Assembly (NCBI GenBank): GCA_965153355.1
Contig: OZ231126.1
Span: forward strand, 24,614,001 to 24,678,000
Direction of reading: 5' to 3'
DNA: 64,000 nt
Source: Flaccisagitta enflata
Lineage: Eukaryota
Shown: positions 13,042 to 27,001 of the stretch, one piece after another
Numbering within the stretch: the first letter of the stretch is position 1
Layout of the letters: every line of letters starts with the position of its first letter
Made by a program: the position numbers and the translations under genes
The notes under the pieces: generated by a model
Seen by the model: only the letters and a program-made list of their open reading frames with translations
Told to the model about the DNA's origin: nothing
The model's database searches: none

Positions 13042-14827
13042 ATGACTTCTCATTACTCGCACGTTTTCTCCCAAAACTTTGCCCACGGCGGTCAAGAGGC
13101 GTATTTCTCCGGCTATGACTCTGGCGGTGGCGGCGGCGGCAGTGGCGGTGGCAGCGGCGGAGGTGGCGGAGGTGCCGGTTCCGGCTATATGTCGACGCCC
13201 TCTTCCAGCGATCCTCAAGACCACTCCCCAGTCAACAACACCGACAACAACTATTGCGGTTATCCAGGTGGCGCTCCTTTGGAACTCGGCGTTGGCGTCG
13301 GTAACGGCGTCGTCAACGGCAACGGCGCCGCCGGACAACAACATCCGGTGGGACGCCATTTGGACGCCGGCAACGCCTCTCCGGGCCTGACGACGCCAAC
13401 TTCGTCCGTGGGTCATCCTTATTTAGGCCACGACGCGGTCAGCCCTTACTCGCCCTCTAGATCCTCGCAATACAACTACGGGGCCACAGCCGGCGTCGTC
13501 AACTCCCTCAATCACTCCTCGCTCCATCCTGGAACACTCGGCGGACCTCTTCCTTCCTCACTCACGCCGCCTATGGATCGATGCTACGATATGGCGTCAT
13601 CAGCGGCGGCAGCTGCGGCCGCGGCTGCTGCTGCGGCGGCTTCTTCCTCATCATCCTCGGCGTCGCCCAAATCCGCTTTGGAGGCGGCTCAGACCAACGC
13701 CAACTTTTATCACATGTCTTGCGCCTATCAGAGCATCAACGCCGCAGACTTTGAGACCGGCGCTTATAACGCAGCGGCAGCCGCGGCGGCGTCATTAGCT
13801 TCCGTTAACAACAAATTCTCTTCCACGACGTCTTCAGTGGCAGCCTCAGGCGTCGACAACAACAGTCTTTCGCCAGATGCTCGTTCGCTTCTCCTCTCAA
13901 GATCTCCGCCACTCGCCTCTTCTCAACAACAACAGCACCAGCAACTTCACCAGCAACAGCAACAACACATCAACGGCAACCCCTTTCACAGCAACGGCAA
14001 ATACAAGTCTTTTCACGTAGACTCTCATCACAACAATTCTGTTGCGGGGCAACAGCAACAGCAGCAAATGCGTGGTTGTAGCTCACCTCCATCAGAGTCG
14101 TACACATCAGGTGGAGAGAGCAGTCCTTGTCCTAGTCTTCCGCGCTCGCCGGGGCCTATGGCAGGCGCCCATCCACTCGATCAGCAACACCTCGTCGCCA
14201 ACCATCATCATCATCAACTCCAACAACATCATCAACAGCATCTTCAGCAACAGCAACAACAGCTCCATCATCATCAACAACAGCAACAGCATCATCATAA
14301 TCCTTACCCGCAGCAATCGTCTCCGTCGCCGCTTCTCAACACTCCCGTAAAGGATCATCTGCTCGCTGCATCCTCAGCCGTCAACACCGCCGCCACGACA
14401 ACGCCATCTTCAACGTCGTCGACTTCGTTATCTTCGTCAACATCTGCCAAGGGGCTGTCGACCTCAACCACCTCGTCGACGATCACGACGCCGACAAAAT
14501 CCGGCGACGCATCCGGAAGAAGAACGTCTTCGCCAAACACGACGCCGACATCCTCATCCTCTTTATCCTCATCCTCTTCCTCCTCATCTTCATCATCATC
14601 TTCATCGTCTTCGAAGCCCAGCCCTTCGTCCACTGCTTCCTCGAACTCGTCTTCGTCATCGTCGACGGCGGCGGCATCGGGCGCCAACTCGGCGACGACG
14701 CCTCCCGGCTCCGCGTCGCCTTCATCGGCGCCGGAAAAGAAAGGCGACGACGACGACGCCGACGATGACGCCGAAAAGGACGAAGATGGCGCAACTATTT
14801 TCCCTTGGATGAGAGGAACAACCGGAG
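13042..14827 (+). CDS. Hox-class homeodomain transcription factor, first coding exon (probably central class, Antp/Lox5/ftz-like; homeobox exon not in window)
   Basis: Long, GC-richer, non-microsatellite ORF with A-rich start context (CAAAA-ATG). The N-terminus MTSHYSHVF resembles the Hox MSSYF motif. It carries poly-G/A/S/Q/H tracts, an acidic run, and the hexapeptide IFPWMR at 14797-14814. A donor GAG|GTAGGA follows, with GT at 14828 (phase 1), and composition switches to repeat-like sequence directly after. The ORF-track tail to 14916 is intron read-through. Confidence 0.9.
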
Positions 14828-15585
14828 GTAGGAGAATAAAAGACCGTCGAGGATGGTTGAGACAGAAGAGGATGATGAAGGGGTGGGGGAGGGTATTTTT
14901 GAGGGTGGAACACTGAGGCAGAGGCAGAAACAGACAGATTAAAACATAGACAGATTCAGGCATAGACAGAGACAGAAAAGTTTAGACAGACACGAAGTTT
15001 CAGACAGAACAAATTGACACAGGCAGAGACCGAGAAACGCACAGCGACAGAGACGGACGGATTTAGGAATGGACAGAGACAAAGACAGACTGACAGGTGC
15101 AAGCAGACACAGACAGAAACAGGCAGATACAGACAAACAGACATGAGGAGACGCACACAGACACATGAATACACTTGTCAAGTGACAGACATTTATGACA
15201 AAAACCGTCACGCCGAATTACAGACACACCGACAAAAAAAAGGAAAGCAAATTTCATTGCTGTTTTGACTGAACAGTTCATAAACCAAGTTAAGAAATAT
15301 ACATGTAAAAAAATAAGAACTGGAATGTCTATTTGTCAAATGCAATTAAGAAATGACAAACGATTTCCAGACGACGAAGGGAAAAAAAGATTAACGGAGC
15401 TCCCCGAAGTCACTTAATCATTGTAAATTTGCCCAGATAGCCGTATCGGACAATTACAAGTTGTTTCTACGACCTGAGAAGAATACTGAGTAGCTCCTCT
15501 CTAACCAACAATTCTACATACATGACTGACGGTTGGGCTGAATTACAGACTGATGTTTTAACTTCTACAATCCTTTAAACAAGAA

Positions 15586-15950
<365 letters not shown>

Positions 15951-16697
15951 AGCAACACTCGCATTCAACGACAAAATCTGAAAGCGTGATGACTGATGAC
16001 TGATGACGGACATAAGTCAGGTACACTGAAGCTGAATAAGCAAGATAAAACGATGCACTGGATAAATTTAAACAAATGGAAAGATAGATCGCCTTGTCTC
16101 AATACCGCACTCAATATCTCACTTTAAAATGATAAATGCGCTCTTTTATCGTAACCTCATTCATGAAAATGTTGTCGCGATCAAAGCACAGACAGACCGA
16201 TTTTATAGGACAAGTAACACTTATCATATATCCACACAGCAGCTGGCAGTTTTCACTGACTCTTATAATGATGTCAATGTATAACTAAGATAATGTCTTT
16301 TTGATGAATTTTCTATTTGTCATGTATGAGAATTACTCTTTGTGGTTAGCGTTTATTATCTTACTTTTACTTAAAAGGAAATGTAAACATCGCTGCCTCT
16401 GAACATGTTCACAATTTCTAACAATTACGATAACGGGACAAAAAACCTTTTATGTTGAGAATGAATAAGCAGCTCCAGACCTTATTCAGCATTTTTTTTT
16501 CGTTGACCTTTTCAACTTTTTTTTCGACTAAATTGTTCTGAGTTCGAATTGGGACAACCTCAGCCAGAAAACGACCGCTCAGTCCTCAATTTAACGACTT
16601 GGGGACAAATGAGCTAATTCACCATTTTTCATTCTCTTTCTGTCTATCGATTCTATCTTTTTCTCACTCGAACACACACACACGCAAACACACAGAC

Positions 16698-16878
<181 letters not shown>

Positions 16879-16947
16879 CACGAACACATGCAAACTTTTA
16901 AAAGCACTTGATTACCTAAGTAATGGCCCGCCTTATTTCTCATTCTC

Positions 16948-17037
<90 letters not shown>

Positions 17038-17075
17038 CTTTGCTATTTCCACGCATGAAAAATACAGACATCCTT

Positions 17076-17136
<61 letters not shown>

Positions 17137-17866
17137 AAACCTTGAAAAAAAATTCTTTTGATTCTAATCAAGTTGTTGCCTAGCCGAGCCAGATATTTTG
17201 TGCCTCGTTGTGTCTGAAAATTGTCTCATGAAAAATGAATTTTTCTTATCGCTTCAAAGACAATTCTAAGAGTATCAAAGGGAAAGAATCTACTTTTCAA
17301 ACTCGAAATCATTACCTTGATCTCTCTTTGATTTCGAATTAAATTAATCGTTATTTCTATACACACACATTGGCGTAGAACTTTGCGTGTGCGATTGATT
17401 AATTGTTGAAACGTAGTAATTGATTAATTTAATTCGTAGTAGCTTCTCTTTTTTTAGGATATATATCATTTTTCATAATATAAGGCAATTCGACACTGGA
17501 GGAGAAAGAACAGAAAAAAAAGACCACTTCTCATTTCCTTAATGATCAAATAAGTATCAGAGATAAATTCAATTTGGAGAAATATTTTTTGAAAAATGGT
17601 CGAACAAGAGTATTAATGATCTTTTGATACCTAGAAAGAATATGAGCTGAATCAGCTGATGATATAACTTTTTGCCTCTCCTTTCATCTGTTTTCCATAT
17701 CTTTTTGTTTGTTTGTTATTTCATTCTTTGTTTTTGTTCTTGTTTTTATTCTCTTCTTCTTTCTTTGTCTTTACATTTAACTCGGCTCGTTTTTGTTGGC
17801 TCAAGCTTTTCTACCATTAGATTGCCATTGATTGATCAAAAATAAATGAAAAAAAAAATTATCAGA

Positions 17867-17973
<107 letters not shown>

Positions 17974-18124
17974 TCAATTCATTTCTCAATAAAATTCCAT
18001 TCTAATGATGCTGATTATTTGTCACTGTCTATGTTGGTCTGAAATGCCCCAAGAAAAATGAAGGGCAGATGCTGGTCCGCGACTCGGGCCTGTTTCGTGG
18101 ACGTCTTTGAAGGTTTCCGCCAAC

Positions 18125-18222
18125 TCCCCGGATGTAAGACCTACAACAGGTCCCCGGATGTAAGACCTACAACAGGTCCCGGGTCTCTCTCTTAATAACT
18201 AACCCGGATGGAGACCTACAAG
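18125..18222. repeat. Short tandem duplication CCCCGGATGTAAGACCTACAACAGGT with a degenerate third copy
   Basis: Two exact 26-bp copies, then CCCGGATGGAGACCTACAA. Confidence 0.85.
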
Positions 18223-18736
18223 AGAAAGCCACGTTTTGGTCTGTCCATTTTTACGTTCTAGTTTAGGTTTTTAATCTGTTCGTTGAGTTTTGTTTATTTT
18301 TGTATCTATTTGTTTATGTTTCTTCTTCTTTATTCTTTTCAGTTGTTTCTGTTTGGTCTTGGATCAAGACGTGTTTCCTGTATTTCGTTTTGTTTTGTCT
18401 GGCTCTTTTTCGTGTTCTCTTTTCCCCATCCAACTCTCGTTTACCTTCTTTACCTTTTCTACATTCGAATTTCTATTCATATCTCCTTTTTTAGTCGCGG
18501 ACACGAGACTCTATAACCCTCTTTTCGGTCCGTCGGTCCGTCCGTCCGTCAGTCACAAAGTTGTTTTTCGACATTTTTCGCTCCTGCCCACCCGTCCGCC
18601 ACTAATGCTGCCGTGTATACGGCCTTGATCTCTACCTAACCTCACCTTTCTTATCTTACGATTTCTTCGCCCCCCCCTTTTTCCCTCCCTTATCATCTTT
18701 ACCTCTCCCTTTTCTCTCCCCCTCCCTTATCATCTT

Positions 18737-18834
<98 letters not shown>

Positions 18835-19342
18835 TCTCCTCTCTTTCCGGCATGGCTCTCCATTCCTCTTAACCTGTCCTCAGCAACTTCACAGATAAAT
18901 CCTTCCATTTTTTACTTTGATAAACAGTTTTTGTATTTACGAGTTCGAGCCCTTTTTTTTGACAGCTCCCGGTGGAAAACTAAGAATTATAGCAGCGCTT
19001 GTTCGTATCTTTTTTTTTCTCATGACAGTCAAGGACTTGATTGAGTAGCCTTGATAAGGAATTGCGAACGAATGAAGAAGAAGTGAAACCACAGTTGTAT
19101 AAGCACATGAGTAATGCAACATAAGTAATGCAACTCTCATATCGATAAACACCAATTTTCAGTCAAGTTTTCAATGCAACTGCAATATATTTAGGAAGAA
19201 ACATGCTACAGAAAGAATAGTGCTCGAATGGAGGAGCGGAGCGAGAAGGTAAGTTTGACTCGGACGCAAAACTAGTGGAAATGTCAATTTGCGCAGAGCG
19301 GGAAAGGACGAAGTCGAATGAAACGATACATACATTGAACAA

Positions 19343-19389
<47 letters not shown>

Positions 19390-19698
19390 CAGTCAACCCA
19401 ATTTCAAGAGAAAAGTTCCTTTCTACGTCGTTTTGAAGCGATAATGAGGAGAAGATTGTTCCCTGGAAAGGGGGTTCCCAATCTCCCCGTTCCCCCCCCC
19501 CACACCCCCATTCCACCGTTTCCGTTGCCGTTACTTGCTTCGTTGAGACGCATTGACTGTGTTTTGGTTCTTTCACTTCGAGCCAGAAATCATTAGGCAA
19601 ACAAAACCAGCTTCAGCTTCTTCTTTTTCTTTCTTTCTTTCTTTTTCACTTTTTCCTCCCTCTCATTATCTCACACTGTTTGAGTTTATCTGTCTGCC

Positions 19699-19757
<59 letters not shown>

Positions 19758-19769
19758 GCAACTGGCTGT

Positions 19770-19857
<88 letters not shown>

Positions 19858-20139
19858 CTCAATGTTGTTTTAGTTATTACTGTTGATGTTCCTGTTGTTG
19901 TCCTTGTTGTTGTTGCTGTTGTTTCGTTGTTGGGTGACCTTGGCCTCGGTTAACGACTCTGAGTCTGAGCGCAACCACGTGGGATGACTGACTGACTTTC
20001 GCAATCTTGTGGAGAAAAGGGAAGAGGAGAATTAGAAAAACAGAACAAATGAGAAAGCAAAGGAAATAAAAAAAGAATGGGAAAAAGAAAAAAAGAAGAG
20101 GGAAAAAGAGAAAGAGCAAGTAAAGAGAGACGAAAAAGA

Positions 20140-20156
20140 GAGCAAGAAAGAAAGAT

Positions 20157-20227
<71 letters not shown>

Positions 20228-20235
20228 AAAAAAGT

Positions 20236-20307
<72 letters not shown>

Positions 20308-20310
20308 ATG
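20140..20310. repeat. (GAAA)n microsatellite
   Basis: Direct reading. Confidence 0.97.
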
Positions 20311-21819
20311 TAGAAATAAAAGAAGAAACAAGGCCAAGTTATGGCCAATAAGTGCGCCTCGCTTGATTAAGAATTTGTGGATGAACGTTTTGAATGAATG
20401 AATGAATGAATGAATGAATGAATGAATGAATGAATGAATGAATAAAAGAATGAAAATGATCGTGGTGAGGCATGAGAAGTGATAGTAATGAAGAAAGACG
20501 ACAGAATTGGCCGTTTTGAGCGATTTAAATGATTGCGTTACCAACCGACCGACCGACCAACCGACCAACCAACGGACATGACCTCTTATAGAAGTGCGAG
20601 GACGCACTTAAAAAACGAGAGAAAGAAAGAAAAAAGAAAGAAAAGGTTGAAAAATCTAAAATGGCAAAAAGAAAAAAAGTGAGAGTGTGATTGTCCGAAT
20701 CTCGCGCAACAGTCATGGCCAGAAATTCTCTTTCATCTTTGACCATAAATGGCAACAGTAAGTTAGCCCAGCATTTGCATATTTGTGAGCCATCATTTCA
20801 CAATACAGAGTCATGGTTGCTATATATGCGTTTCAAATGACTAAAATGACCTCCGTTATCTTTCTGTCTATTTCCGTTCCTTTTGGAGTAATTTTTCCAC
20901 CCACTTCTCACCATCAAGGACAAGGGCGTTAGCAATTGACTGTTCTCACCGTTGTCGCGGTGGGCTTACAACTTTCTAGATCCCACGTGGCTCAAAGCTT
21001 GGCGCAATTCGCAATTCTCTTACTTTCAACAATTCCCAATACCTAATTCACGGGACCACGGCACCTTGTGTAGCGTGTAGTTATCCCTGCAAATCTCCAT
21101 ATTTTACATATTCAAACAGTCTTCATGCTTTTCCAAAAGAATCTACTTTTTTTGAAGTCTTTTATTTTTCTATCGGTGATTGAGAAGGTAGCTCCTCTAA
21201 CTACCACTTTCCCCCACCTCAGCCCTGGCGTCGCACTATCTAAAGTCAAAACGCAGTAAAATTCTCGGTAGTGATTGTTTTGTATTACCTTTAAGTAGTC
21301 TTTACTTTTCTCCTTCGCTGAACCGAGTCAATATTTTCATTTTGGTTGTTGGAAGATGATGAAGAGTTGTTGATACAAATCCCTCGACGGAATCCGTTTC
21401 ATCTTCATCTCCCTCGTCTGCTTCTCCTTCCTGTGAGGGGTTTTCTTTCGCCGGCGTCTTAAAAACTTCGTCGTTGACACCAACTTTCGTGGCACGTATG
21501 CCAGCCGGCCTATCTTCTTCAGTTCCTTACCCCCGTTTCTGTCATTATCTTCCATGTTTTTCCTTCACCCCCATTGGGGGGCTTCTAGCTTCGTCGCTTA
21601 TCCAGGTTGGAAGTGCCGTGTTGTTGTTGTTTTCTTTACTTCATCTTCATCCTTGCTTCCACTGCCACCGCCGCCGCCGCAGCCGCATCCACCGCCGCCG
21701 CCGCCGCCAGTTAAAAGGCTTTTTGTTCGCTTCTAAGACTCCCCAGATGGCACTAAAATCCCGAGTAAATGGTTTTTCTTTTCCGACTCCCAACTTTTTT
21801 TCGATAGCGTCCTCAATTT

Positions 21820-21864
21820 CCTCTTCTTCTACTTCTTCTTCTTCCGCTTCTTCTTCTTCTTCTA

Positions 21865-21895
<31 letters not shown>

Positions 21896-22055
21896 TCCTT
21901 CTTCTTCTTCTTCTTCTTCTTCTTCTTCTTCTTCTTCTTCTTCTTCTTCTTCTTCTTCTTCTTTTTCTTCGTCTTTTCTTCTTTTTCTTCTTCTTCTTCT
22001 TCTTCTTCTTCTTCTTCTTCTTCTTCTTCTTCTTCTTCTTCTTCTTCTTCTTCTC

Positions 22056-22089
<34 letters not shown>

Positions 22090-22200
22090 TTCTTTTTCCT
22101 CTTCTTTTTCCTTTTCCTCTTCTTCTTCTTCTTCTTCTTCTTCTTCTTCTTCTTCTTCTTCTTCTTCTTCTTCTTCTTCTTCTTCTTCTTCTTCTTTTTT
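21820..22200. repeat. (CTT)n microsatellite
   Basis: Direct reading. Confidence 0.97.
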
Positions 22201-22610
22201 TTTTCTTTTCGAATTTCTGAAAATGATCCCCCTCTCTTTCTCTTTCAATCTCTTTCTAAAATCCCCTTTGAGGAAGTAGAAGAAGATGTTAGAAAAAAAC
22301 TTATCCCCCTCGAAAATTGCGGTCGAGTATTTTGGTGGTAATAGTGGCGCGCGTATTTTGTCCTCACGAACTTGGGTCGTTCGATGGGGGCGCTGATCGG
22401 CAGACAAGTGGCGGCAAACATCGTCAAATCGTCTTTCGCCCCCCCCCCCACCCCCTTATCCTCCTCCAACTCTCCCATCTACTCTATCCTTTTATAAATC
22501 TTCTCTCCCCCTCCCTTTCTTCTCCCAGTTGAACCGCTCTCAATTACCAATTTTCTTCGCGAAATTTTATTACCTAAAAAGCGATTGTTAAGAGTTTTTT
22601 ATCGCCATTT

Positions 22611-22716
<106 letters not shown>

Positions 22717-23009
22717 AACACACACACCGACACACGTACCACGTTTTTTCAGCTGATTTCTTTTTATGAACCACTTAAAATTCACAAACAAATCATGTGT
22801 AAGATTCTAAATATGTAGCTGCCACACTGTACCAAAGCAGCTTGTTTCACTCCCCCACTGAGTAAGCATTTCACTGTTCTTTCCCTCTTGTCCCCTTTCC
22901 TCAAACACTTGACATGAAGATATCAATCAGTCTTTCTATTATATGAAAATTAAGCCCGTGTCGCGTAGATTGAGTGAGAAAAAGAGCCGTATCTCCTTTA
23001 CACGTCACC

Positions 23010-23114
<105 letters not shown>

Positions 23115-23932
23115 GCGGAAGCAAAGAGAGTAAAAGAAAATAGATTGTGAATGAAGACAGACTGCGACCACTTTACATCGGCCGGATGAAGGAAGGGAGA
23201 GCTTGAGAGATTCAGAGAGAGAAGCTGAGAGATGCAAAGACAGTCAGGACCAGCCGAAACAGCCAAACTTTCTAGAAGAGAGAATAAGTGAACGTTTCTG
23301 AGACAGAAAAGGATTCTGTTTTAGCAATGTTTCGACAATGATAGTATAGCCAAGTGGGCTAATATGGATCGTCTAGCATTTTCGTACCGACAGACCGAAG
23401 CACATTACCTCTTCAAGACGTTTCGTAAAATGAAGGGACAGTCGTACAGTAAGTTAAACAGACAAGGAGATGATGAACCAAAACACATCAAAAGAAAACA
23501 AAATATTGCAGGGAGGTGACCGGTAAATGGATATTCCCCTAAAAAGGATAGACGAGGCCGAGGAGCCTCCGTAGAGAGAAAAAAAAAAGAGAAATAGGAG
23601 AGAAAAAAACGGAAGGGAGGAACGGAGGAAAAAGGGTCTAAAGGGGCGTCTTTTGTTTATGAACCGACCTAAATCCTCACCCGCTCTGCCGGGAGTCTTA
23701 CTTAACTTTTTGCATAACCTTGCTCATATGTTTTGATTTTGTTCCTTCATAACGTTGATGAGGTCCTTACTTACTCCCTTTCCGTCAACCTTGGATATGC
23801 GCTGCTCAGGTTGAAGTGACAGCCATCTCATTCTCCTTGCCCTTTCAGTTTTAATGTTCTTGTCTATCTACTTCATTTCTTAGTTTAGCATGGGAGTAGA
23901 CCGTTTTCTCTTTTTCAATACATCCGGGGATC

Positions 23933-24688
23933 TTTTTTGTCCCCGACGAACAGTTTTCGTCGGTGGACTATGAGATAGCCTGTTTGTGCTAGTCTGTCTG
24001 TGTGTGTGTGTGTGTGTCTGTCTGTCTGTGTAAAACCTTCTCATATCTTTGGATCCTGACTTCAGGATTTTATGAAACTTTGCTGGTGTTGTTTATAGGT
24101 CAATAGGAGCTTGTGTATCAATTTTCAAAAAAATTCATAAACTTTTACTACCCTTTGCCTATTATTTTTGTAGTAATATTTAGCTGGCACTTAGCTGGTT
24201 TACATAGGTAGAGGGTAGTAAAAGTTTATGAATTTTTTTTTAATTTGGTATACAAGTAAAGGGTAGTAAATAAACAACCCCTGCAAAATTCGAATTAAAT
24301 CTGAAGTCTGGTTTAGAAGATATTAGCTTATTTATGTTGTAATATGTTACTAGGACTTGGGCGATTTACATAGGCAAAGGGTAGTAAAAGTTTGTGAATT
24401 TTTTTCTAAGTTGGTATACAAGTAAAGGGTAGTAGATAAACAACCCCTGCAAAATTCGAATTAAATCTGAAGCCTAGTTTATGAGATATTAGTTTATTTA
24501 TTTAGTAATATGTTACTAGGACTTAAGCAGTTTTCATAGGCAAAGGGTAGTAAAAGTTTATGAATTTTTTTAAAACTTAGTAAACAGGTAAATAATGTCA
24601 ATTAAACAGCTCCTGCAAAATTCGATTTAAATCTGAAGTCTGGTTTATGAGATATAAACTTATTTTTGTAGTAATACATTACTGTTGT

Positions 24689-24731
<43 letters not shown>

Positions 24732-25196
24732 TGTGTGTGTGTTTTTTCTTCCTGTGGACTGTTTTAAAAACAGATTATGCTAATATTGCATAAAATAACC
24801 CATGCCATTCCTCTAAAAAAAGGTTTGCCGTCAAGGACTCCAAGGACCAAGGTTTGCCTTCTTGGACTTCAGTGTTTAATGTTCAAGGTATGCGTCATGG
24901 ACTTAAAGGTATGCCGTCATGGACTTTAAGGTATACCGTCATGGACTTTAAAGTATGCATGCCATCATGGACATCATTATTTTCCAAAAAAATTTCAAAA
25001 AAAAATTTTTTTTGAATTTTAGTTTTTGAAATTTTTTTTTTTTTTGAAAAAAAAATTTTTAATTTTTTTTGAAAAAAATTTTTTTTTTGAATTTTTTTTT
25101 TTTTTTTGTCGTGTATCTTCTGGTCAGCGTTTGCTAGGCAAGAAAGCTTCAAAAATTACAGTCCCCAGTCGGGGACTGTAATTTTGAAGCTTTTTT
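23933..25196. mobile_element. Helentron-associated (HINE/DINE-1-like) non-autonomous element carrying 166-bp tandem repeats
   Basis: 5' end TTTTTTGTCCCCGAC with hairpin CCGACGAA..TTCGTCGG, then a (GTCT)/(GT) microsatellite and 166-bp repeats. The 3' end has GTCGGGGAC within a hairpin AAAGCTTCAAAAATTACAGTCCCC/GGGGACTGTAATTTTGAAGCTTT, followed by a T-run. Confidence 0.65.
24200..24685. repeat. 166-bp tandem repeat (about 3 copies), plus an inverted partial copy at about 24040-24185
   Basis: GGGTAGTAAAAG recurs at 24213, 24379 and 24545. Confidence 0.9.
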
Positions 25197-25264
25197 CCAT
25201 GTATTTTCCATCCTATTGCCTGTTTGTTAATCTGTCCGAATATGCCCTCTTCTTATCTGTCTCC

Positions 25265-25935
25265 TTTTTGGGCAGCGGCCCCGAAGTCCTGTAGAACACA
25301 GGGGGACTTTCGTTCGTTCGTTCGTTCGTCCGTCCGTCCCGCCCCTCGAGGCCTCTCAGGCCTCAAATCTGGCCTCTCAGGCCTTAAATCTGGCCTCTTA
25401 GGCCTCAAAATAGACCTCTCAGGCCTTAAATCTGGCCTCTCAGGCCTCGAATCTAGCCTTTTAGGCCTCAAATTTGGCCTCTCAGGCCTCTTATCTGGCC
25501 TCTCAGGCATCAAATCTGGCCTCTCAGGCCTCAAATCTGGCCTCTCAGGCCTCAAATCTTGCCTCTTAGGCCTCAAATCCAACCTCTTGCTTCAAATTAG
25601 GCCTCTCAAGCCTCAAATCAGCTATCTGATCCTCAAGTCAGTTCTCTATGGCATTCCAAGCCTTGATCCAGCTCTTTCAAGCCTCAAGTCATCCCATTCA
25701 AGCCCCCAACTGGCTTTCTGGCCTTACATCAGCCCTCTTAGACCTGAATTCAGCCCAAACGGACGGACGGACGGACGGATGGACGAATGAACGGATGAAC
25801 GAAAGTCCCCCTGTGTTCTACAGGACTTCGTCCCCTTCGGGGCCGCTGCCCTGCTTCCCCTCACTCAAATTCACAATCATGCACAGCAGGGCAACGGGTA
25901 TCGCTGACCACATATTGCCCTTGGGCGACCTGTTT
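25265..25935 (+). mobile_element. Interspersed element with an internal 21-bp minisatellite (GGCCTCTCAGGCCTCAAATCT)
   Basis: GGGCAGCGGCCCCGAAG / GTCCTGTAGAACACAGGGG and its reverse complement bracket the array. A second copy is at 37960-38630. Confidence 0.75.
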
Positions 25936-25963
25936 TCTCTGTCCCTGTCTGTCTGTTTCTCTG

Positions 25964-26055
<92 letters not shown>

Positions 26056-26420
26056 CCTTGCACGAGAGCGTCGTGTCAAGTTCTTTCCAATTTCTCTCCA
26101 CTTCCATTCTAAGGTCAAGCTTCTGCATTTTTTTCTTTGAAGGTCACCTTGCAGAAAGAAGAATCGCAGCAGATATTCCTTCTCTTCTGTTTTTCTTTTT
26201 TTCTTTTTTATCGTTGTTGTTGAACTCTAGTTGGTTTCATTTTCCTTTTTTTCTCTCTCTCTCTTTTTTTTCCTCCCTTTTTTGGTTTCAAACCAAATTT
26301 CTTTCTTGAAATGTGCCATTCTAGGACCGAAGTAATCAATATCGCGGAAATTTGTCCCTTTTTTCATTCAAATTTTTGGACCTCCTACGCATGGCTGATT
26401 ATGGCAATATTTCAAAAGTA

Positions 26421-26517
<97 letters not shown>

Positions 26518-26648
26518 GTTTACTTTGAAAATGCCAAGAGCCTTACCCTTGCTCTCCATTCCTTGTTCTTTACCGCTGGAGACACTGAGTCTCCAACTTA
26601 TTGCTGTACTGCCTTCAATTTTCCATGTAAGAAACTGTCCATGCGTCT

Positions 26649-26763
<115 letters not shown>

Positions 26764-26937
26764 CCGTGGTGCTCTATCCATATGATCTACAGTTTGGTCA
26801 AACATTGGTTGCTTGGTTTGTTTTGATCTTTTTTTTCGGTTCCAACTCAAAAAGATGTGCCGACAACCAAACGCCAAAACCAAAAGCAAGAGAGGAAAAC
26901 ATTTGGTGATGGAAAGGAAAGAAAAGAAACAGCAAGG

Positions 26938-27001
<64 letters not shown>

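Noticed and set aside
14828-14916. C-terminal tail of the 624-aa ORF (RRIKDRRGW...)
   Set aside because: It follows a splice donor placed exactly where Hox genes have their intron; it is not homeodomain-like and is best read as intron read-through.
14355-14963. Antisense and alternative-frame ORFs over the Hox exon
   Set aside because: Shadows of the GC-rich, low-complexity coding strand.
19163-19254. Possible internal exon ending at AAG|GTAAGT (GT at 19249)
   Set aside because: Candidate acceptors give 86 or 37 nt, not frame-preserving, and no recognisable peptide.
21337-21736. GC-rich coding-like stretch with poly-Pro/Gly and a basic run
   Set aside because: Frames are short and interrupted by stops, with no homeodomain or other domain signature.
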